Below the pieces are notes generated by a model. The model saw only the letters and a list, made by a program, of their open reading frames with translations, had not been told where the DNA came from and ran no database searches. A stretch of 64,000 nucleotides of DNA, taken from a virus. Shown here piece after piece: positions 57,348 through 64,000 of this stretch. The position numbers and the translations under genes are program-made. The first letter of the stretch is position 1. Each line of letters opens with the position of its first letter. The stretch is taken from positions 3,568 through 67,567 of IMG/VR virus record IMGVR_UViG_3300044802_000046; one strand, given 5' to 3'.

Positions 57348-58448
57348 TTAGTCAATATCAAATAAAGCTTGGTTTCTTTGCCAAACTTTTCTTTTTACAA
57401 AGATAATATTATCTATAACTATGGTGTCAGATGGATTACTTTCAACCTCTAAAGATAATTTACTTATCAAATTTTCGTCTATAGTGTCATGATTTTCATC
57501 AAAATCGCATACGTATTCTCCTCTAATATTAAATCTTATATCGAAATAACGATTATTTAAATTTACTGGTGGCGTTCCGTCATGAACAACAATATTAAAA
57601 TTTGATCGTTTTCCCGTAAACACCATATCGAAATCTTTTACAGACTGGTCAAATAAAAAACAAACAGTAGATTCATAATTTATTATAAATGTAACTAATG
57701 GTCTAAACAATACATCATGGTCATTATTCCATATCGTCTTAGGATCTGTCCAGCTATGACCTGAAAGGTGGGACGTATACTTATCGACCGGAAAATAATC
57801 TACACCAAGTTTTTTATTCTCGGCATCTATCATATTGATTACACACGGGGCTCCATGGTTAATAAAAGGCTCAAGGGTTTTATATGTTTCTACATCGATT
57901 ATCGAGCAACATGGATGGGCATATTTAAGGACATCTGACTCATCATACGGAGCTCCGCAAGCCTGATTCTGCCTTGTAACGAGCATCAAATTTCCAGTTG
58001 CATATAGATTACTGTTTTCCTTAAACTGTTCCAGCATTCCTTCTATGTAACCATGTCTTTCGCTGATTACATCCGAATCCATCAGCAGAACGTATTTTGT
58101 AGTTATGAACTGCCTTATAGCTTCATCCATTGTTTCTCCATGAGAATTAAGTCCAATTCGATCCCATACTTTTACGTTTGGATATAATGCGGACTTATAA
58201 TGGAGGTACGAAGTTGATTCGTCTTCCGAATTACCATCAACTACGAGAACTGGAATGTCTGGATAGAATTTAAGAAGACTTTCTAGACAAAGACGAGTTG
58301 CGTCCAAAGTTTTTCTCTGGCATATCAATACGGTAATGTTTTTTTCTTCCCATATTTTTTTGTGATAGTTATCACTATTCCAAAATGGTCTCACAAGATC
58401 AGAATTTGGATTCTCTCTACTTAGTTTGTCGTATTGCTCTTGAGTCAT
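57348..58448 (-). CDS. glycosyltransferase family 2
   Basis: CLESL, VVDGNSED, LLMDSDV (DxD). Confidence 0.88.
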   Translation of the reverse strand: MTQEQYDKLSRENPNSDLVRPFWNSDNYHKKIWEEKNITVLICQRKTLDATRLCLESLLKFYPDIPVLVVDGNSEDESTSYLHYKSALYPNVKVWDRIGLNSHGETMDEAIRQFITTKYVLLMDSDVISERHGYIEGMLEQFKENSNLYATGNLMLVTRQNQACGAPYDESDVLKYAHPCCSIIDVETYKTLEPFINHGAPCVINMIDAENKKLGVDYFPVDKYTSHLSGHSWTDPKTIWNNDHDVLFRPLVTFIINYESTVCFLFDQSVKDFDMVFTGKRSNFNIVVHDGTPPVNLNNRYFDIRFNIRGEYVCDFDENHDTIDENLISKLSLEVESNPSDTIVIDNIIFVKRKVWQRNQALFDID

Positions 58449-59431
58449 AATATATTTTTTATAATTTGCATTCTTTGTTCATTAACTTTTGATAGTAATA
58501 AGTCTCTTTCTATAGTTTCTTTAGAGAGTAAATATAAGTCACGCCTTAATTTTTCGTCAGAAGTTATCTCAGATAACGTTTCTGAAAAACTGGCTTTAGA
58601 ATTATATTTCAAAGATATCGAATCTGTAAAATAATCCGGAGACACACATGCCGCACCAGCCATAGTTCCTTCTATCCATGAAATGTTAGACTTGTTCCTA
58701 TTGAATTTATTATCCGATAGTGGAACTATCATGACAGACGGATTTATATTCGCAATAAGACTCATGTATTCATGAATTCCAAATCCACCTAAATATTGGT
58801 AGTTGTCAAGTTTCCTTAATCTTCTTACGTCATGTCCTATGGCATAAAACATCCAGTCCGGATTCTTCATTAAAAATCTACTGATTTCATTTTGGTATTC
58901 ATCCATATCGTATCTATGAACTTCACCTCCTCGATATAATATAGACTTATTTTTAGATATTGGTTTTATAGAATAAACTTGATCGTTAAGTGCATTTGGA
59001 ACAACTTCTATTTTATCTTTTATATCCTTTAGGTACTCTACAAATGATTCTTTTAATCTTTCATTTGTCACTGTTACTACATCAGCACATAAAAGTATTT
59101 TCCTGAATGAAAGTTCATCGAAATTTTTATTATACTCATGATACATTGAATGTCTTTCCGGAATATACATCCAGTCATCTAGGTCAAGCCATATTTTAAG
59201 ACCAAGATCCTTGCATGCTAAAACCTGGTCGAGACAGTTTTTATGGATTGGTCTTTGAAAAAATGCTATGTCGAAAAGTCTCATAATCGACCAATCGTGT
59301 TTCCAATTACTTTCTACAATCTTTAACTTGTCCTGTCTGGATAATTCAGATAATGGTCCTCTTCCTCTCCAGAAAGAACATACTGAATTTAATTTATCAT
59401 AATATTCGAGTATTGTAGGTCTCACTTTCAT
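58445..59431 (-). CDS. GT-B (GT4-like) glycosyltransferase
   Basis: FQR, DLDDW, ADVVTVTN..L, VVPNA, PL..NKFNR.KSN..WIE...AG. Confidence 0.85.
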   Translation of the reverse strand: MKVRPTILEYYDKLNSVCSFWRGRGPLSELSRQDKLKIVESNWKHDWSIMRLFDIAFFQRPIHKNCLDQVLACKDLGLKIWLDLDDWMYIPERHSMYHEYNKNFDELSFRKILLCADVVTVTNERLKESFVEYLKDIKDKIEVVPNALNDQVYSIKPISKNKSILYRGGEVHRYDMDEYQNEISRFLMKNPDWMFYAIGHDVRRLRKLDNYQYLGGFGIHEYMSLIANINPSVMIVPLSDNKFNRNKSNISWIEGTMAGAACVSPDYFTDSISLKYNSKASFSETLSEITSDEKLRRDLYLLSKETIERDLLLSKVNEQRMQIIKNIL

Positions 59432-59456
59432 TTTGAAATATTATTTATTTTTTGAC

Positions 59457-59464
59457 TATTTTTG
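59457..59464 (+). promoter_or_regulatory. -7 promoter element TATTTTTG
   Basis: Upstream of the lone plus-strand gene at 59498. Confidence 0.45.
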
Positions 59465-59497
59465 TTAAAAATATTTTTCATTTAAAATTATTTAATT

Positions 59498-59770
59498 ATG
59501 GCACTCACGACCGTTCCTGTTTACAAAAGAGTAGAGTCTAATAATATATCTACTGGATCAAGACTCATTACTACTCCAGCTACAGAAGGGTTTGAAACAA
59601 CAAATGTTTTGTGGTTTGGCCCAAGTGTATGTGGGAGAGAAGATGATAGCACCAATATTACTAACTCCATAGTAAGCAAGATAATTCTTAAAGGAGTTTC
59701 TGGTGAATCTAATTCTACTATTACTCTCTACACAAGTACAACTGTAGCTAATATTGCTCTTTTGACCTAA
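59498..59770 (+). CDS. small Thr/Ser-rich hypothetical protein
   Basis: 90-aa ORF with its own promoter and terminator. Confidence 0.7.
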   Translation: MALTTVPVYKRVESNNISTGSRLITTPATEGFETTNVLWFGPSVCGREDDSTNITNSIVSKIILKGVSGESNSTITLYTSTTVANIALLT

Positions 59771-59805
59771 AATATATTGCCATTTTACCAATGGCGATAT
59801 ATTTT
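59769..59805. terminator. bidirectional terminator between convergent genes
   Basis: AAAATATATTGCCATT/AATGGCGATATATTTT inverted repeat. Confidence 0.75.
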
Positions 59806-60529
59806 ATTTTCTTATTACAGCCTGAATATTAAACCTCTGTTCATATCTTAGGTTTCGATCTTCAAAGAACCTGTGTTGCTCATTCTCAAGTAAACATTCA
59901 GCTCCCAATCTGAATATAACCTCATCACCAGGAATAACTTCTATATCATCTGACCTCTTAGGGTTGGCGTAATCTGTATTAAGGCTTCCAATATATCTTA
60001 CTACTCCTTTATATGTATTTATTTGTTCAGGGATGTAGATTAATTTAGATACCAATGCTTCATTTACTCGATCAAATAAGCAGAACCCATTCAACGGTAT
60101 AATCTCTTCGCCCCTTTTTGCCACTATAAGACAATTATACTGAACCACCCAATACATCTTGTCCTCTACCTTAAAAATAGGACAGTGGTGAAGGTTATAA
60201 TAGTCAGCCCACACTAAATCTCCAACCTTAATTTCCATTTCAGTCTTCCATTCAAGCTTCCACTTGCTAGACCTTCCTTTTTTTTCATAGTGAAGTTTAT
60301 CCGGAAGTTTAGCAACTACTCCCCATCGATCGAGATGCTGTGACGCGTCATATCTTTCGGCAGAATCTATACTATGAGCAGACAGCATGGTTGGATCTTG
60401 AACTATGATTAGCCCAGACTTTGTTTTGTCATCTTGATTTCGATGAGTAATTTCAATTGCTACATTATTATGAAGCAATCTCATATTTTCAAATTGTTCT
60501 GGAGTTATTTTGAATATTTCGTTTGGCAT
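59804..60529 (-). CDS. tandem two-domain GroES-like co-chaperonin
   Basis: MRLLHNNV.I...KTKSGLII, EIKVGD.V; second copy PLNGF.L...GVVRY.G...V.PGD.V.F...IQAVI. Confidence 0.8.
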   Translation of the reverse strand: MPNEIFKITPEQFENMRLLHNNVAIEITHRNQDDKTKSGLIIVQDPTMLSAHSIDSAERYDASQHLDRWGVVAKLPDKLHYEKKGRSSKWKLEWKTEMEIKVGDLVWADYYNLHHCPIFKVEDKMYWVVQYNCLIVAKRGEEIIPLNGFCLFDRVNEALVSKLIYIPEQINTYKGVVRYIGSLNTDYANPKRSDDIEVIPGDEVIFRLGAECLLENEQHRFFEDRNLRYEQRFNIQAVIRK

Positions 60530-60530
60530 A

Positions 60531-60782
60531 CTATTTATTAAGTAAGGTATCAAGTTTAATATTTGCGGCCTGTAGTCCGATTGAAATCTCCTTTAATGCA
60601 TCAATCGTTTGTTTTTTTGGAGATACATTGTACTTAATATTATTGCACTTCTTGCATAAATTCGAATAACCATCCCTGTAATTCTTATGCTTAACAAACA
60701 TTTTAAGTGGGAGTAATTGCCCTTCATGGAGTGGACCCTTGCAAGGTTTTAACTTAATTTCTTTTGGTTTAATATTCTTCAT
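60531..60782 (-). CDS. small Zn-finger protein
   Basis: CKG..H.G.LLP...F......DG....CKKC. Confidence 0.7.
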   Translation of the reverse strand: MKNIKPKEIKLKPCKGPLHEGQLLPLKMFVKHKNYRDGYSNLCKKCNNIKYNVSPKKQTIDALKEISIGLQAANIKLDTLLNK

Positions 60783-61023
60783 TCTAAAATCATTTTTTTG
60801 AAGACATGTAAAATATCATCATATTCATCCTCATCTCCATTATCGTAATAAACTATAATCACTCTTTTGTCTGGCAGAAATTTCTCTTCTATATTTGTTA
60901 CGGTTCTTTCTTCTCCAGTTACCGGGTTAATATACGAGGAATTTACGATTCTGGTGTCATTGAAAAGATCCTCTGTTTTTAAAGTGTCGAAATCAACTTG
61001 ATAAATTATCTTTTTCATGAATT
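60779..61023 (-). CDS. hypothetical protein
   Basis: ORF-track 60779-61036; start uncertain. Confidence 0.55.
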
Positions 61024-61254
61024 CATTTTCTTCCAAATTTCATCCCTAATTTCATCAAGAAGTTTTCCGACCTTTTCCCTTGCCATCTTTAATCTTTTCA
61101 TTCTTGCCATTCTCATCATATTTTGACAATCAATAAATCCTTTTTCGAATCCTTGTATTTCCCAATGATTCTTATACTGGATTAGAATTCTTGTCTTTAG
61201 ATCCCTAGCTAATCCATTTTGTAATTGATTAATTAATGAATCATCACTTATCAT
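61015..61254 (-). CDS. hypothetical protein
   Basis: First gene of the leftward unit. Confidence 0.6.
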   Translation of the reverse strand: MISDDSLINQLQNGLARDLKTRILIQYKNHWEIQGFEKGFIDCQNMMRMARMKRLKMAREKVGKLLDEIRDEIWKKMNS

Positions 61255-61278
61255 AAATAATGTATGAAATTAATGATA

Positions 61279-61348
61279 CAAATATAATAATATTTTTTAG
61301 ATATGTTTTAAAACATCTTGTTTTTTTAAAATATTTGCCGTATATTTG
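61279..61348. promoter_or_regulatory. divergent promoter pair (TATATTTG on each strand) flanking the palindrome ATGTTTTAAAACAT
   Basis: Minus 61279-61286, plus 61341-61348, palindrome 61303-61316. Confidence 0.6.
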
Positions 61349-61382
61349 TGTCGATAAGTTTAATATATTTTATTTTTAGCAA

Positions 61383-61814
61383 ATGATTTTAATAGGTATT
61401 GATCCTGATGTTGATAAGAGTGGAGTAGCTTACTATGATAGCGTAGATAGTTCTCTTGAACTTTCAAACCTTTCATTTTTTCAACTTTTTGATTACTTAT
61501 CTTGGATGAAATCAGAAAACTTAAAATTTAAGGTTATACTTGAGGCCGGATGGAAAAATGAAAAGTCAAACTGGCATGATGAGAAAAGTGGATCAAGAGT
61601 TGCCTCTTTAATAGGTAAGCATACTGGAAGAAACCATGAGACTGGAAGGAAGATTGAAGAAATGTTGATTTACCTTTTAGTTGAATACGAACTTAGAATT
61701 CCAAATAAAAATGTTCATAAAATCGAACAGTCTGAGTTTAAAAAATTAACTAAGTATAAAAAACAAACAAACCAGGATCAGAGAGACGCTGCCATGCTGG
61801 TTTTTGGATACTAA
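61383..61814 (+). CDS. RuvC-like Holliday junction resolvase
   Basis: IGIDPD..KSG.A, ILEAG, NQDQRDAAML. Confidence 0.8.
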   Translation: MILIGIDPDVDKSGVAYYDSVDSSLELSNLSFFQLFDYLSWMKSENLKFKVILEAGWKNEKSNWHDEKSGSRVASLIGKHTGRNHETGRKIEEMLIYLLVEYELRIPNKNVHKIEQSEFKKLTKYKKQTNQDQRDAAMLVFGY

Positions 61815-61818
61815 TTAT

Positions 61819-62571
61819 ATGAACGAACTAATTGAACTTATCGATCACATGCACAATATACTAAGTTCTGTATTAATAAAATACAGCTTAGGTATAGAAC
61901 TTACAGATGATGAAGAGGAAGTTATATCACAACTTTACATTTCATCGGAAGACGGAGATTTAAAAGCACTAGAGGATATTCCTCATAAAAACAATATTTA
62001 TATAAACACGTTAATTATGACACGTACAAAAGGAGCAAAGAATAAGATCAAAACTGTTGAAACTGAAAATTTAAATCAAGAAAATATTATGGAAGGACAA
62101 GAGGTTAAACCAATTATTGATGAACGCCAATTTGAAAAATCATTTGACATGATTGATAAATCAGGGCCATTATCTGATAGAAAATTAACTTTATCAGATA
62201 TTCTAAGTTTTGAAGTAAAGACAATTGAAGGTAGACCATATGGGCAACCAGATGGTGCGTGGAATCAAATCTTGCAATTGCTACAAGATCCCCAGATGAC
62301 AAAAGAAGGATTGTCTGAATTTTGTAAGTTTAAATTATCGGAAGAAGCTATGACGATAAGAAGTGCTGCAAAATTTGCACTTAGGAACTTTGAATTAGAT
62401 AAAAAAACTGGAAGTGACCTGTACGACTCCTATCGTCTTATTATGAAAATTGAAGATGGGAATAACGATATTCCCAAAGAACAGATTGAAGAAATTAAAA
62501 AGGCCGTCATGGGAGTATTTAAAAATATTGACGTAATTGGTTTTGTTGTTGATGCTTTAAATAAATCATAA
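61819..62571 (+). CDS. hypothetical protein
   Basis: Long ORF; ATG 61819; possible internal starts. Confidence 0.6.
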   Translation: MNELIELIDHMHNILSSVLIKYSLGIELTDDEEEVISQLYISSEDGDLKALEDIPHKNNIYINTLIMTRTKGAKNKIKTVETENLNQENIMEGQEVKPIIDERQFEKSFDMIDKSGPLSDRKLTLSDILSFEVKTIEGRPYGQPDGAWNQILQLLQDPQMTKEGLSEFCKFKLSEEAMTIRSAAKFALRNFELDKKTGSDLYDSYRLIMKIEDGNNDIPKEQIEEIKKAVMGVFKNIDVIGFVVDALNKS

Positions 62572-62575
62572 TCTT

Positions 62576-62926
62576 ATGTATAATATATTTATAACATTTT
62601 TTAAGAAAAAAATTGAGTTAAAATTTAACTTTTTTAAAAAGTCTAAACTTATATTTAGAAGTAGAAAGTATTCGGATATACTTAGAAATGGCATGTTCGT
62701 ATCAGACAAAAGATTTAGTATCTTAAATATTATTTATTTATATAGGTCAAACTACGGAATTGAATTTATTAAGTTGTCTTCTTATAAAGTTGACTATAGC
62801 AATAAACTACACTTTAATGATGCTTATTTTAACAGATCTTTATTAAAGATTCAGTGGACTCAAGTATCCGGAGGGTATATTATTATACTAAACATATTGT
62901 TTGTTGAAATTTTAATTAAAAAATAA
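62576..62926 (+). CDS. hypothetical protein
   Basis: 116-aa ORF filling the operon gap. Confidence 0.5.
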   Translation: MYNIFITFFKKKIELKFNFFKKSKLIFRSRKYSDILRNGMFVSDKRFSILNIIYLYRSNYGIEFIKLSSYKVDYSNKLHFNDAYFNRSLLKIQWTQVSGGYIIILNILFVEILIKK

Positions 62927-62928
62927 CT

Positions 62929-63456
62929 ATGAGACCATTCTCGGACTACCTATCAGTAATTCTTAAACACGAAGGCGGATTAGTAAATAATCCAAATGAT
63001 CCCGGAGGAATAACAAACTACGGAATATCATTAATGTTTTTAAAAGGAATTTCACTTCCTATGGCCGACATTGACCATGATGGAGACGTGGACGCTGATG
63101 ATATTCGGAAGATGACTACATCGTCAGCATCTAATCTTTACAAGACATATTTCTGGGATAAGACCAGTATTGAAAGTATAAATAACGAATTGTTAAGATT
63201 ACAGTTATTTGATATGGGAGTTAATGCCGGAAACAAGACTGCTATTAAACTTTTACAGATATTACTACAAACTGTATCAGATGGAATAATTGGTCCATCT
63301 ACGATATCTAAGATTAAGTCATATTCAGGAGACATAGTAGGAGATTATGCTAAAACAAGAAAAAATTATTACACCAATCTTACGATTAAAAAACCGAATC
63401 TCAAAGAGTTTTTAAAAGGATGGATAAACCGGGTTAATACTACAAGTTTTTTATAA
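62929..63456 (+). CDS. endolysin, glycoside hydrolase family 108 with C-terminal PG-binding motif
   Basis: HEGG.VN.P.DPGG.TNYGI, FDMGVNAG, DGIIGP.T, FLKGWINRV. Confidence 0.93.
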   Translation: MRPFSDYLSVILKHEGGLVNNPNDPGGITNYGISLMFLKGISLPMADIDHDGDVDADDIRKMTTSSASNLYKTYFWDKTSIESINNELLRLQLFDMGVNAGNKTAIKLLQILLQTVSDGIIGPSTISKIKSYSGDIVGDYAKTRKNYYTNLTIKKPNLKEFLKGWINRVNTTSFL

Positions 63457-63977
63457 TGGAAAAGTATATAAGAAAACCAGTCGAAGTTGAAGCGGAACAG
63501 TATTTCAATGGAAAAGAAATGGAGGAAGTATTTATTATTTATCCAATAATATTTACAATGACTGATTCAAATGCTAAAAAATATTTTTACATTTCTAATT
63601 GTGATGCTAAAAAATGGTTGTCTATAGAAAAACAAGAAGATGGCAAAAGAGTATCATATCCGTTTGATCATTGGTATGGAAATTGTACGGAAACTATTCA
63701 TTTTGATATAGACAATCCACTTGTGCAAATGTATCTTGAAGAATTCAATTTAGATTGGCCTATTCCTCATGCTTACCTAAAAGAATCTGCAATTAATATT
63801 AATAATTCAGATTGGATAGTAAAAGAAGATGGACGTATTAGAGTTTATAGCAATGAAAATTTTGAAAAAAAATTTAAAAAACAAGATTCGCATGTTGAAT
63901 TTTATGACCAAATGTATAAGTGTTTAGCTGAAGACAGGGAGGCATTTTCTGCCGAATTTCGTAAAGATAATTTATAA
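63456..63977 (+). CDS. conserved phage protein (RKPVEVEA.Q...DWIVK family)
   Basis: KYIRKPVEVEAEQY start; DWIVKE.G......FEKKF. Confidence 0.75.
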   Translation: MEKYIRKPVEVEAEQYFNGKEMEEVFIIYPIIFTMTDSNAKKYFYISNCDAKKWLSIEKQEDGKRVSYPFDHWYGNCTETIHFDIDNPLVQMYLEEFNLDWPIPHAYLKESAININNSDWIVKEDGRIRVYSNENFEKKFKKQDSHVEFYDQMYKCLAEDREAFSAEFRKDNL

Positions 63978-64000
63978 ATGAATACATACTGGTATCCGGA

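Noticed and set aside
1-64000. Stop-codon reassignment as in some crAss-like phages
   Set aside because: Genes are long and tightly packed in the standard code; TAG (e.g. 5876, 11203) and TGA (4863) end genes at sensible boundaries.

Overview
AT-rich dsDNA phage segment in the standard genetic code, most likely a Bacteroidota-infecting podovirus (many intergenic TAnnTTTG promoters). Positions 1-15.9 kb (+) carry early, recombination and replication genes: a repeat protein, SSB-like protein, PD-(D/E)xK and DEDDh exonucleases, NinB-like protein, DnaB, a DnaA-domain-IV fusion and a PurD-like ATP-grasp ligase. Positions 15.9-61.3 kb (-) carry a Crassvirales-like virion module (terminase, portal, scaffold, capsid, tail fibre, four ring proteins, muzzle, ejection proteins, lysis membrane proteins), preceded by a tandem GroES gene and a six-gene glycosylation cluster. 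Positions 61.4-64 kb (+) carry a RuvC-like resolvase and a GH108 endolysin. No DNA polymerase, RNA polymerase, integrase, tRNA or CRISPR array was recognised. The most striking unexplained structure is at 9113-10086: three attC-like hairpin sites (TAAC...stem...GT-GTTA) separate two small promoterless ORFs, with staggered terminal complementarity that suggests a phage-borne, integron-like gene-cassette array. Second is a four-hairpin leader with perfect 7-nt loop-loop complementarity (50569-50672). All product calls come from motif recognition by eye; no searches were run.
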